NCBI GenBank assembly: GCA_009103225.1
Contig: RHPI01001037.1
Location: 791,537 to 855,536, forward strand
Length of the DNA stretch: 64,000 nt
Direction: 5' to 3'
Origin: Chlorokybus atmophyticus
Lineage: Eukaryota; Plantae; Mesostigma and Chlorokybus algae
Shown here: positions 41,754 through 54,547 of the stretch, piece after piece
Layout of the letters: every line of letters begins with the position of its first letter
How positions within the stretch are numbered: the first letter of the stretch is position 1
Translations under genes and position numbers: made by a program
The notes under the pieces: model-generated
The model's database searches: none
Told to the model about the DNA's origin: nothing
Seen by the model: the letters and a program-made list of their open reading frames with translations, nothing else

Positions 41754-42879
41754 ACAGGGCGAGTTGTGTAAGCGTGTTTGGGGCCTTCTCGATTTGCGCT
41801 GTTGCTGTTATGTCACGTTATGTTAGCATTCGCTCGCAGTGTCTGACTATGATTGCTGCCGTTGTACATTACCCCCTAGTGCACATAGACTGTAGGGTTG
41901 CTGCAGTTTCAGGTTTTGCGTCTAGTCGTGGTGACCGTGCCCAAGTGTACAATGCAGCTGCTGTTTCACAGCATCATTGACTGGTGGATTGTTGCGGCTT
42001 GTTGCTGGCTAGTGGACATGCATCTAGTCAGTAGAGAGCTGAGCAACTTGTGCGCGACTAACCACAGCCAGGAGGATGGATCAGGCATATATAACAAGTT
42101 AACAGGAATTCAGTTTATTATTTGGACCTTGTCTCCGTTTGACTCAAAATGTATAGAGAGAGACACTTGATCTGGCTTAAGCCGCTTGCCAATTGCTTGT
42201 ATTGTGGCTTGGCTTGCATGATCACAGCCGCACCTCTGCAACAGAGCTGTTATCAAACTGATGTCCACAGGTGGATGTGCGGTAGTACGGCTCACAGGAT
42301 GTCTGCAGCCGATGCTTGGTGATGCTTTGAGCCTTGTCTTCTTCAATTCATTATTCAATAAGCACTTTATCACTTGCATGTTATTGCTGCTGTCACCATC
42401 CGCACCCTTATCGGGAGACATCCATGCAGTGGGGTCCAACTATTGGCAAACTCTACAGAGTGCGTCAAAAGCTACGGTTGGCGGCGATAATATAGTAAGA
42501 GACTCCACCAACTGCTTGCCACTGGACAGTGTCTGTCGATGGTCAATCATGCAGCTTTGCCATCGCTTGGAGCAGGTCGAGAGCAACTCCGCAGCATCCC
42601 AGGATGCTCGCACATGCTTGGTAACCGACCATACTACTAAAACCATGCTTGACAACATGCAATAGTAAAGTCATCACTCGCAGGTGAGGGCATGCTGCTG
42701 CAAGACTCTTGCTCTTAAACCTGCAATAGGAACTATGCATGCATCGCCGCAAGACGACGGCACTGTACCATTTGATATGTTATGGGTAATCAATGATTGT
42801 TTGCCAGACAGTATGTATACCATTTTTCCTACTACTGCGCACACGCCACCAAGCAACACGAGAGGAATCTGCAATAACG

Positions 42880-45108
42880 CTACGTGCCCACAACCAGGCC
42901 GGCGGGCCCGGGCGTCGTGTGTGTGAGCAGAGGCCTGAACCCAAGCTCCTCTGCGGGGACCCCAAGCTCCGCTAGCTTTGCCTCATACACTCGAATCAAG
43001 TCATTGTGGGCCTGCAAAGGAGGTTGCGAGCTCATTCCTTGCCACATGCCTACAAATGTAAGAAAGGACATGACACGCTATCAAATGACACCATACCTTG
43101 GAGACCTTCGCGATGTCATACTGAAGGGCGCGTATGAGCTGGTTCTTGCTGCCGAGCACGTCGTCCAGCCGCTTCGAGAGCTTGTCCAGTGTGGTTGGGT
43201 CCAGGTTTGACGCCGCCAGCACCTCACCCAGCTGAGCCTCCTGCAGGCACATGTCGTTTCAGTGACGTTGCTTCTTTTCAAGTACATGTCTACCCCCATG
43301 TGAGCATGCACGCATGCATGCACTCGAGCGCACACACCCATACGCCGGCACATGCCCACACGCGCGTACGTGCACACATGCCCTCACGCATTCCTACCTT
43401 CTTCTCCAGCTGATCGCACATCATGTCCAGTTTCTTCTCCAACAGTAGATTCTTCAGTCCCGACTTCTGCTGCACGGCAAAGACGCTCTGTTCGAACCGC
43501 GTGTAGAGCTCGTCGCGCTCCGCCTGCGTGCGCGCGAAACGCTGCTCCACCACCTCGTGCTCCCATTCCAGGTTGCGGAGCTGCTTCTCGGACTCGGACA
43601 ATCTCGCCTTGGTCTGAGCCAGAGACGACTTGTCCTGGAAAGCAAAGGGTTGAAGTAGCGGTTAGTTGATAATCAACTTGTCTCATAACTCTGGTTGGTG
43701 TAGAAGCAATGACGTGCATGTAACAGTGTGACAAAATTGATCATGCGCGCGCAACGTATGTGTGAGGGCGCGTGCCTGTGTGAGTGTCTGTGCTTTTGTG
43801 CTCGCGCGCGTGAGTGTGTGCGTGAGACAGCGCATGTGTGTCACCTTTTCGTAGTTTGCGAGCTGGTGGCGTAGGTGTTCTACTTCTTTGAGTGCGTTGC
43901 TGAGTGGTTCCGATAATCGTTTGTTCTCCTGTGCGATCTCATACATGAGCTTCTCGTTGGACGCCTCCTTGCGTTTCATCTCTGCGACGCCGTCCTTGAG
44001 CGTCTTGATGAGGTCGAGGTTGTTGTGGGTGATGTCGTTGTAGTACGTCTTGATCTCCGCGAACGCCTTCTCGTGCTTCTTCATCAGCTCGTTGATGTGG
44101 CTGTTCTTGCGCTCCTCCATCTCGTGAACCTCCTGCTTCCGCCTAAGCTCCATCTCATCCCTCAACAACTTCATCTGCAAGACAGGTGGAGTTGTATCAC
44201 TCACTCGTTCTCACATCCATCGCACTCGCACTCTCTTTTTGTGTCTCTCAGAGTGAGAGAAGTCACTCACTCACAGACACACAAAGAGACTGATAGTGAG
44301 AGACATCTCTCACTGACAGAGAGACAAAGAGAGCGAGAGACATCACTCAAACAACAAACATACACCCACCTTCTTCTCGTATTTTTGGTGTAGTTCTTTG
44401 GCGTTGCTCTCAAACTCCTGTCTCAACTTGGTCACTTCCTTCGCATGTTCCAACCTGAGCGCCCTGACGGAGTCATCCCTGGCGGCCTCCATCTCCCTCA
44501 TCTCCCTCTTGAGCGCCCTCTTATCGTTGGCCAGCGTCTCCGCCTCCCTCCTCCTCTCCTCATCTCTCAGTGCAGCCGCCGCCTCCGCCTCAGCCCTGAG
44601 GGCGGCGACCTGCTGGCCGTGCTCGTAGACGAGGTGCTTGACCTTCTGCTTGTAGACCTTGAGCTGGACGGCGTGGCGCTCCTCGGCTTCCTCCGCCTCC
44701 CTCTCGCGGTGACGGAGCTCGGCAACGCGCTCCTCGCCCTCGCGACGGGCGATCTCCCAATAGGCCGACACGCGGTCGCGCTCGAGCTGCATGTAGCTGC
44801 GCCACTCCTCCTCCTGGGTGTCATCATCCAGGTCATGGACATTGTCATGGTCACCCATGTCATGGGTGCTGTAGTTTAAGCACAATACGCTGACGAGCAC
44901 AGTCACTCAGTCACACCCTTACCTTTTGTTTGTCCTTTTCGAGCTCAGCCAGCTTCTCCGCCATCTCTTCTCTGCTGGGAAGGCCTGCGGCTTCTCCGTC
45001 ACCGCCTCCTGCTGCTCCTGCTCCGGCGCCATCCTTGTCCTTGTCTTTGTCGCCCTTGGTCTTGCCAGCTGAGCCCTTCTTGGGGGACTTGGCCTTCTTG
45101 GGCGGCAT
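42880..45108 (-). CDS. GAS8: Dynein regulatory complex subunit 4 (GAS8/DRC4)
   Basis: [11 protein letters not shown]; [15 protein letters not shown]; [14 protein letters not shown]; [27 protein letters not shown]; ENKRLSEPL; [12 protein letters not shown]; [15 protein letters not shown]; [28 protein letters not shown]. Confidence 0.97.
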
Positions 45109-45266
45109 CCTAACTAGCACCAATCAACAGCAAATTTCCCCACTCAAATCCCTGATCCTGATATAACCTCTGACTGCTGTCAAGACCAACTATCCCCCGA
45201 GCGATGCCGCCGGCAACGTCACCGATGCCGCCGCCTCTGCCGCTGCCAACTCCCAATGGCGACAAC

Positions 45267-45282
45267 AAACCCTAAATGGGCC
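45267..45282 (+). promoter_or_regulatory. Telo-box AAACCCTAA immediately followed by a site II-like TGGGCC
   Basis: aaaccctaa-a-tgggcc between the divergent GAS8 and TPR genes. Confidence 0.6.
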
Positions 45283-45833
45283 GACGTGGCCGCATTGCAG
45301 AACAACCGGGATACACTCAAGTCACGTGGGGCTAAAAACAATGGCCGACAGGAGCCGGATCCGAGCGAACGCTGTCTGACAACCGGTTGAGACGTGGTGT
45401 ACCTGATCGGGTTCAACTCACGTGACGTGCCATTTGACTCCTCCCTGCGCTGTGCAGCTCTGTTCCTCGCTAATGCCTATGCGATGCCCAGCTGCAGGGT
45501 TTCGGCGGCAGCCGCTGTGCGCGACGCGGAACTATTTCCGCCCTAAGCGCGACGTGCGTTTGCTATACGTGGCAGCCCTCGCTGGCTATTGACCTACTGA
45601 GAGGCCGCAGCTGGCAGCGGCGGCGGCGGCAGCGACGTGGACAACGTTGCTGAAGTGGGCAGGGAGGTCAGGGATGCCTCCTGCTCCTGCGCCGCCGCCT
45701 CCTGCTGCGCAGGATCAGGCCTGGGGCGCCACCATCAAGGACTTGATGCCTCTCTAGCTACAGAATTAGTAGACTCATACATAGACTGATCTAAGCGGCG
45801 TCCTCCTCCTCCTCCTCCTCCTCCTCCTCCTCG

Positions 45834-48800
45834 ATGTCTGCGACTTCCAAGGGTAGCGCTGCTGCCGCTCAGCAGCACCACTCCCCTGGTCTCCAGGGCC
45901 CCCGCGCGCTGCAGTGGCTGATGGACGCCCGTGCCGCCGCCATGCCGGGGAGCCCGGACCTGGAGAGGGCGGCGGATCTGCCCAGCACACCCGCATCACA
46001 CCAGAGGTGAGAAGGGGGATTGAGGTAGGGTGATGATGATGACGATGATGATGACGACGATGACAATGGTAAGTCGTCATCAAGATGTTGTAGCGTGTAA
46101 CAATCTCGCTTGATCTTGATGCATCAGTCATCCATTCCAACCAATGATCCATTGGGCGACCAATGCGACACATGATCATGTAACTGAATATCGGTATCAA
46201 TCAAGCTCGCGTGTGCCGGGGTGATTGCAGAAATGCATCAGTCAGCCAAAACTTATGCACGGCTTTGATGAAAAGCAACACTAGATTGGACGTGTTTGGA
46301 CAGACAGCACAGAGTGGTGGGCTTGGCGCCATGTAGTCACACTCCCGCTGTATGCAATATCACACAATGGTGTAGTGCACAAGCCATCAACACGATGAAC
46401 TGGATGGACGGATCAGTACCTCACGACCAACTCGAACCTGATCCACTACTTGTGAAACATAAGCACGTGCTCCACTCACACCCACACCCACACCCACACC
46501 CACACTCATACTCGCGCACGCAGTTACCGGTCTAGCGGGGCACCCTCGCAGTCAGGCTCCGAGCGCGCCGGCAGCCCCCTCAGCAGCCCCAATCAATTGG
46601 CAGCTGCCGCCCCTGCTGCTGCTGCTGCGGAGGCGGCCAAGCAGCAGCTGACCGTCAAGACCAGACGCAACGGTGTGGACACTAACAACAACAAGAACAG
46701 TGTTGCTGACATCGCCGCCAGCAAGCAGGTGCCTGAGACGCCACCATCCGCCAGAATGAAGGTGAGGAGAGAGCACACAAGGGAGATGGACGATGAGTGA
46801 TGATATGCACTACTTGGTTATGTTTGCTGTGGTAGTGATTTGTATGCGTGTATGTGTGTGCGTGTATCAGGTGGCTACTCCTCTCAGTATCAGCGGCCCG
46901 CACGGTTTTGACGCGTACGACGAGCGGACTGCCGAGTCCGATGTCGAACAGCATGACATCGACAAGATTGATACTACCAGCAGGGCGAAAACGGTGGCGA
47001 AACAACAACAACAGCCGCAGAAGCCTGTGGACGTACCGGCGGATGAACACATGGAGCTCACTAACACGCCCAGACACTCCTACGGGGATGTCCAAAGCGA
47101 TGGTGGGGGCATGTTGTGGGACCCATAGGTGTTATGAATGATGTGTGCGCGCGGGTGCACGCGAGCACCAGCATGCGTGTGCGTGCGACCGTGTGTCTCT
47201 ATGTGCATGTGTGTGTGTGTGTGTGTGTGTCCTCTAGCATTTGCGTTGTTAGATGAGCCACCCAAGACCAACCCACCTTTGGTACGCAGAATTCCATAGT
47301 GCGGACGAGTCACACGCCGCCCCTCCCAACAGCGTAAACGGTTCCACATCCATGAAGCGCAGCGACAGCGAGCACAGCCGCATGGGGCGTGCGACGTCGA
47401 GGCAGGCCTCCTTCGAGTCCGCACGCGATGAACTGGAAACGGAAGCGTCAGCGTCGGCCGTGTCGGATCCGCAAGCAGACTGGAGAGCACTCATCTTACA
47501 GGCAAGGAGGAGGAGCACACAAGAGCATGCACACCTTATCACACAGAGACACGCACACGCACACGCACACGCATGGACTGATGCACATGCATGCATGTGC
47601 GCGCTATTACACACCCGGGCGTGCACACATGCATGCGCGCATCAACACGTTCGTTCTGTACGGCAGGCGCGGACGTACATGCGGCAGGGCCGGTACAAGG
47701 ACGCCTTGGAGGAGGCCGAGCGCGCTCTTCTTATGCAAGAAACACAAGTGTCCGGCACGTCCACCTCCGATCCCGCGCTGATGATCGTGTCTCTCGACAC
47801 CGTCGCCGGCATCTACAAGTTCATGCGTCAGTACGACAAGGCGCTGAAGCTGTACCAGCACTCTCTGGAGCTGTCGGAGGACACGCTCGGGAGCGACCAC
47901 CCGGACGTCGCGGCTCTACTCAACAACATCGCGGTGCTGTATAAGAACATGGGCAAGTATGAGGAGGCGCTGAGCCTGCATCAGGGAGCGCTGCAAGTGC
48001 GCGAACACACGATGGGAAAAGACGACCCAGGTAACACACAGACACACGCACACGCACTCACTCACACACACAGACGAACTCGCCAACGTCAATGACAATA
48101 AACCACAACAACAGGTGTGGCGGCGTCATGTTACAACATGGCGGTGCTGTACGTGAGCATGGGTCGGTTGGAGGAGGCGGCCCCGCTGGCCGACCGCGTG
48201 CTGCGCATCCGTGAGAAGCACGCACGCGCCGACGACAACGACCCCACCGCAGCCACCACACTCCACAACCTCGCCGTGCTCCTCGTAAGAGACACATCCA
48301 CACCACACACCCACATACACTTTTGTATGTGCGTGAGTAGTGTGGGTTTGTGGTCCACATACCCACATACCCACATACCCACACTTATCACCTGCACCTG
48401 CAACATACACACATACACAGTCACTGACCCAACTCTCTCTCTCATCAGGCGCGTGTTGGCAAGGAGGATCAGGCCCTCCGCGTCTGCGACCGTTCTCTCA
48501 AGATGCGCGAGCGTTTCCACCGCAGCGGCGGTCGCGAGGACTCGGGTCTCATAACCTCTCTCTACCTGTCGGCCGCTCTCAACCACAGGCTGGGACGCTA
48601 CCAGGCCGCGATGGACCAGTGCCAGCGCGCGATTGAGATTAGGGAGAAGGTTGCAAACAAGACGAGCAACAGCAACAACGATACTGACAAGGCGGTGGTG
48701 TTTTTGAGGAATGTCAAGGTGGTGTTGTATCGGGCTGTTACGAGCGGGCACAGTGATGAGGCCCTGCCGCTGCAGCACAGAGCGTTGGACAGCCTGCGCG

Positions 48801-49000
48801 AGAACCAACATCAACATCAGCATCAGAAACAGTCTCAATCTCCCTCTCCGGCCCAGCACAGCCACAACAACCAGAGTCTCCCACTCAAGCCACCCAAGTC
48901 CACTACTCATAACAACAACGCCAACGTGCCGCTGAGGGACCGCAACCTCATGGGCAATGTAACGGTACCTCAAGCGTACGCAACCAGCTTGCGGGCGTGA
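45834..49000 (+). CDS. Kinesin-light-chain/nephrocystin-3-type TPR repeat protein with disordered N-terminus
   Basis: Repeats such as YDKALKLYQHSLELSEDTLGSDHPDVAALLNNIAVLYKNMGKYEEAL, VAASCYNMAVLYVSMGRLEEA and TAATTLHNLAVLL. The 5' exon structure and start codon are uncertain. Confidence 0.82.
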
Positions 49001-49397
49001 TTGAAACGTGTCTTTTTTTATAAATGTGCCCGCCTTTGCCACGGTTTGCCTTGAGCACAGAGGCGGGGTGGCGTGTGTGCGCATATCTGTGCGTGGAGGT
49101 AAGGTGTACGCGTTGAGAGAACGAACATTGGACAAGGCCATATTACTGTTGTAGTTAGCTATACGGGTCCTGCAGGATACCCGTTGTGCGTCTCTGTGTG
49201 TCCGTATGTATGTAGTTGTCAGAATTAGCAGTCAGCCTGCCCATAACACCAGGATGGAGGTTGCGCAATACACACATCTGTATGGTTGACAGCAAAAGAT
49301 CGTAATCTGAAATTATATCAGATCTGGTCAATACTATCAACAAGATTCAATTTAGAAACATCCTGCAGCATGAGGGCTTTGTTGGTGTCATGCACTG

Positions 49398-50193
49398 TTA
49401 TCTTCGCTTAGGCCTAGCAGCGGCTTTGGTGGCGAAGCCGAGCATGCTTCGTAAGGTCTGCAGCATCTTCGGGTCCCTCAACAGCGCGGGGTTGCGGGCA
49501 GCCACGGCGCCGAGCCCGCCGACACCTATCACGTTGGCACCCACCGCCGCAAAATACTTCTGCGCGACAGAAAGGACTCATGTTGAAGCACAAAATAACA
49601 CGTGAAGCGCATCAACACCATGCGTGAGAGCATCAAAGTCACCTCTCTGAAGCTCTCCTTTTTGGTTTTGTGCCTGTTGCGAGTGCCGGCAATGTGTTGT
49701 GACCACGTCAGCTCACATGTGTGCTTGATATATGTTGTGTCTCTATGGCATAGCGCTGTGGCTGCACGTGTACACTGACCTGAAGTACTCCATTGCCCAC
49801 CTGTGTTGGCCAACAAACACACAACGCTCAATCACTTGTACGAGCATGCATATGTATGCGGCCGCATCAAGAGCGACCAATGCAATTCCAACTATCACCG
49901 TGGCGAGTCACTATACACGAGTGGGAGCAGCAGAACACACTTTCTCTCTCCCTCAAAGTGAGAGAGAGAGAGAGACTCTTAGAGATCCTAACAAAACACA
50001 GCATCAACTCAACCAAGCATAAGGCTTACATGCCGCCGATCCATCCGCCCGCGATCGCCGAGCAGCACAGCACGTTCTCCGGTACTCGCCACTGTCGGTT
50101 CTGCGCGCACCACTTGTCGTACCCGAACAACCCCGCGCTCGCCGCGTTCACGCCCACCGTGTACGCACCCGCCACACGCGCCACCGGGCCCAT
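49398..50193 (-). CDS. DUF1294 (YsdA-like) small membrane protein, copy B
   Basis: Exons: MGPVARVAGAYTVGVNAASAGLFGYDKWCAQNRQWRVPENVLCCSAIAGGWIGGM / 21-nt exon 49780-49800 WAMEYFR / HKTKKESFRE / KYFAAVGANVIG...RPKRR*. An upstream exon could lie in the gap 50371-50882. Confidence 0.87.
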
Positions 50194-50370
50194 CCCCACA
50201 GCTGCTGTGTGTTTGTAACAAGGGAGGGTGTGTAACGAGCAGGTGATTCTGAGGAAGAGAGGGGAGAGCGGGTGGAGGGGTTTGGAAAGATTGAGGGATT
50301 GAGGGAAGGAGAGGGAGAGGGAGGCGAGTGAAAGGGAAGGTTGAGGGGGCGAGTAAGTACGTAGTTGATA

Positions 50371-50882
50371 NNNNNNNNNNNNNNNNNNNNNNNNNNNNNN
50401 NNNNNNNNNNNNNNNNNNNNNNNNNNNNNNNNNNNNNNNNNNNNNNNNNNNNNNNNNNNNNNNNNNNNNNNNNNNNNNNNNNNNNNNNNNNNNNNNNNNN
50501 NNNNNNNNNNNNNNNNNNNNNNNNNNNNNNNNNNNNNNNNNNNNNNNNNNNNNNNNNNNNNNNNNNNNNNNNNNNNNNNNNNNNNNNNNNNNNNNNNNNN
50601 NNNNNNNNNNNNNNNNNNNNNNNNNNNNNNNNNNNNNNNNNNNNNNNNNNNNNNNNNNNNNNNNNNNNNNNNNNNNNNNNNNNNNNNNNNNNNNNNNNNN
50701 NNNNNNNNNNNNNNNNNNNNNNNNNNNNNNNNNNNNNNNNNNNNNNNNNNNNNNNNNNNNNNNNNNNNNNNNNNNNNNNNNNNNNNNNNNNNNNNNNNNN
50801 NNNNNNNNNNNNNNNNNNNNNNNNNNNNNNNNNNNNNNNNNNNNNNNNNNNNNNNNNNNNNNNNNNNNNNNNNNNNNNNNNN
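50371..50882. other. Assembly gap (N)
   Basis: N run. Confidence 1.
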
Positions 50883-52351
50883 GGGGGCAGCACATGTACA
50901 TGCAGTCTACGCTACTGGAGTGATGGTGAGGTACTTCCAGTAGATGATGGTCATGTGCATTTCCAGCATTTCTCTCCACAACCAATGCAGCGTTATAAGG
51001 GCACAACTGAGTGGGCGGCTGGGTGCTGCAGCAATAAAAGCAGCACAATATGATTTCGTGACCCAGCACGGCCTTACAGTCGTTGTGTGATGACAAATAT
51101 GCATGCATGCATTTCAGGCGTTTATCTCCAACTGGTCCGTGTTCCCCATGCATCCAGTAGGAGACACTACCAGCATGCGCGCTGCAGCGACGGCATACTT
51201 ACCGCAATCTAAACAAGACCAGCGCAATCGCCCTGTCACCTGCCCCTACCGCCACTGATGGTGGCGCCGCCGCCGCCGCTGCGTCGCATACTGGCTCAGC
51301 GAACCCCATGATCACAGCATTCACTGAGCCTACTCAAATCCGGAGCTCAATGAACCCCACATGACATTGTAACCAACGGCTGCGATTGCCACCCAGCTAG
51401 CAGCCGCGCGTCACATATATATGGCGTTGATCATGCGCCTGCACGCTCAATCCGACCTTACGAGGGATGAGAGTCGACCGGCCAATGACCGTCAAGGGAC
51501 GGCTTGTCGTGCTATTACCCCTGCGAACGAACACATGCTAAGTCGGCGGGCGGCCTATGGTTTGCCCGTCAATTTTTGGAACGTCCTGGGGCTCCTACTT
51601 CGAGCCCCGGGATCCGCTGATAGGTGGCGCTCAGCGCAAAGAACCCGTCCCGTCCCGTCCCGTCCATCGCCATAAACGAGTAACGTTGCATAGGGTTATA
51701 ACTTATACCGTATAAGTCATCTTTCATACATGCAGTCCATGCACATACAAGCTCGCAGAAGCCAATAAGAGTTAAGCATGACTAGTGTATAATATCAAAA
51801 GTTTGCAACTGATTGTACAAAAAGAGTATGGTTCTGTTCTGTGTAAGCTATCACATGCATGACTGTGACACACGCAAGCAATCGCAAGCACACGCTCCAC
51901 ACATGAACACACTACCAGTGTACAAGCACCAAAATGATGTACACTATAACCTTCACTATTACACTACTACTACTTTGCCGACCTCGTTAAACATGCATGC
52001 ACACATGTTAGTTTGTGATTACCTGCTCACATGGGTCTGAATGCGTATTGTATCAAGAACGCGGTGTATGACGCCCCTGGCATAACCAATCTTCTGGATC
52101 TGTTATGGACTAACGTATAATGCACAGTATGGCACAACTCACCGCGCTTGAATGACCGCAATGTGAGGCTCCTGATTATTTTATGGCCTACATCTCTTTG
52201 CCACATGTTGAACGAGTGCTATCAGCTTTAACATATGTGCAGGCAGTACGTTTGTGTTTTTTTTGCACTCAGCATGTTGTGAGCGGGCAAAATTTGATGG
52301 AACTATTCCTTTGGAAAGTGGTATACATGGAAAAGTTAGCGCAAACCACAA

Positions 52352-52860
52352 GTGGTCACAACCGTTGTGACCACCAGATCGCGGGTCAGGACTAGGCTCA
52401 CGACTATGTGCCTATAGTATGGTGGCGACCTCCGACGACTATTAATGGTGCAATGTTACCACCTTGTTGCTGGTTTGCGGACCATACTGGTGTGATTATA
52501 AAACCAAGATTCACTGCCAGTATGGTGCCGGATAATCCGCATCAGTCATGGCGGTGAAGTTACACCAGATGTGGTGCAAACGGTCAAAACCACAATGGGT
52601 TGTAATCTTCATGCCATGCATGGTGTGTTACCACCTCGTTGCTAGTCCGCGGACCAAACTGGTATGGCTGTAACCGGTATTCATGGCCACTGCGGCATGA
52701 TAGTCACACCATCAATGGTTATGACAATAGACACCGGTGTGACATAACAATCATGCCAGTTGTGGTCATGACGGTTGGCACGATAGCGGCCTAACCATCA
52801 CGCCATGTGTGGTGGAAACCGCGACCACCAGTATGACATGACATTCAAACCAGTCGTGGT
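52352..52860. repeat. 23-bp near-perfect palindrome followed by degenerate ACCA/TGGT-rich repeats
   Basis: gtggtcacaac-c-gttgtgaccac (52352-52374); direct repeat gttaccacct.gttgct.gt..gcggacca.actggt at ~52456 and ~52628. Confidence 0.65.
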
Positions 52861-52900
52861 CATCATTCTTTGCTTAACGTTCAAAAACGTACTTAGAGGA

Positions 52901-52909
52901 TTAGGGTTT
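52901..52909 (-). promoter_or_regulatory. Telo-box (TTAGGGTTT on +) upstream of the orphan gene
   Basis: Exact match. Confidence 0.5.
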
Positions 52910-53140
52910 GAGCGTGTGTGACAAGCATAACATGACCGTTGCATCGGACAGTAAAAACGGCGTAAACGGCATTGTCCTCGTCACCACAACGGACGGTTCG
53001 ATAATACCCGCCAAGTATTGTCGCGAAACCGATGAGCACCTTTACCTTGATGCTGGTAATAAGCACCAAACGCACCAAGGTTCGACCGAAGCGGCGGGGG
53101 TGGTAGTGGAGGTGGAGGGAGAAGAGGCCGGCTGCTTGTC

Positions 53141-54183
53141 ATGGTGCTGATCACGGATGCAAGCGCCGCTATGGCGCCTTATGTAATCCCTCCCATCATT
53201 GACGGTATGGCTACCGAGTTTAAAGCCCGAGGGGGCGGAGGGTCGGGGCGGGCAGAGAGGTTTCTCTCTCTGTCGCTCTCTGTCATGGACGGCCTGTCTT
53301 GTAACAAACATGCTGCGGTTGCTATGCTCGTCCTGCTGCTGACTTCTTGCTCGTCCACAGAAGTATTCCCCAGTCCCCTTGATGACATCGCTGACTCTAT
53401 GGCCCACACCGTCCGCATCTTAAACATCCACGATGAGGAGAAAGTGCTGGCTAAGTACCTGAGAGAGCGCGATACTTTTGTGGTGGTGCTGGTGGATAGC
53501 GGCATGGCCGTGAAAGTCAAGATGTGGTTGGAGATTGAAGGAGAGGCTGCTCGGAGCGACAGGCTCTTCATACAACTGACCGGCAACATCCAGAAAGCCA
53601 TGAACGTTATAGCCTTATACGGTTGCCAAAGCGACCTCATTATCCATATCTGGGCCCCAAGGTGCAAGCCTGGGGACGCCGCCTTGGTGGAGTCCGTCGT
53701 CTACTTTTATGGCCCTGCCATGGGCTCCTTGACATTCCGCGCTGACAGTAACACCAGTTCCTTCCCCAGAGTCAAGCTCGGCATCAAACTCGTCCCTTTG
53801 AAGGATTATTTGGGATCAAGGAACCTCAGGTAAGCTGCAACCAACTGTCTGTAGGATCGAACGTTTTTGGTTGTTGCAGACTGAATGCCAATATATGTCC
53901 GTGCATGCAGGTATACACAACAAATCTTGGATGGTATGTGAGCACCTATGTGGGCAACGAGCATATGTCGATGGCATGCGTAACTTCTGTTGGGGGTGGG
54001 CTGTATGGTGGGGTTGCTTATGGTGTCGCTGCCCTCGCAATGGCTTCTAACCCTATCGGTTGGGGTGTTGGTGTGGGGGCCGTTGCTTGGCTTATTCTTT
54101 GTGGTTCTTTCCCAAACGAATTGGCGTTAAAGCTCAATCAGCATTTCAACTATCACAAGTATGGCAAGGCGCCTGAGGGTATC

Positions 54184-54257
<74 letters not shown>

Positions 54258-54547
54258 TCTTCTGTGACAACTCCCGCCCGCCCCTTGCTAGTATGCCGAG
54301 CCACAAGACTGTAAATAGTGCATGTGCTTGTATTTTCAGCTGTACACTTTGACTTGGGGTATGTACATGTAGGTTGTCTTGGTAGGTTTACCTCTGTTCG
54401 TGTACAGGTTGCATGCAAGCTTACAACGGGCATTTGCCTTTGTGCAGGCAACATTTACTTACGAGTGTACAGAAAATGCAAGTGCTTATGATGCGTGCAA
54501 CATGCATGACACATGCCTTGTTCACCAAGCTCATCATCATGCAATGA
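53141..54547 (+). CDS. Orphan protein with predicted alpha/beta domain and Gly-rich hydrophobic hairpin
   Basis: 230-codon ORF ending at donor gtaagc (53830); a 50-nt intron to ttgcag (53879) joins in frame to ...GGGLYGGVAYGVAALAMASNPIGWGVGVGAVAWLILCG.... Later exons (54348-54359 region and 54448-54547) are speculative. The frame is open from 53063. Confidence 0.55.
54184..54264 (+). repeat. (CT)n microsatellite, probably intronic
   Basis: Direct reading. Confidence 0.9.

Noticed and set aside
42110-42665. ORFs between the NTT and GAS8 3' ends
   Set aside because: No family motif or coherent splice structure.
53400-53520. Receiver-domain-like look of TVRILNIHDEEKVLAKYLRE...VVVLVDSGM in the orphan
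   Set aside because: Spacing and the downstream Lys motif do not fit; too weak to name.
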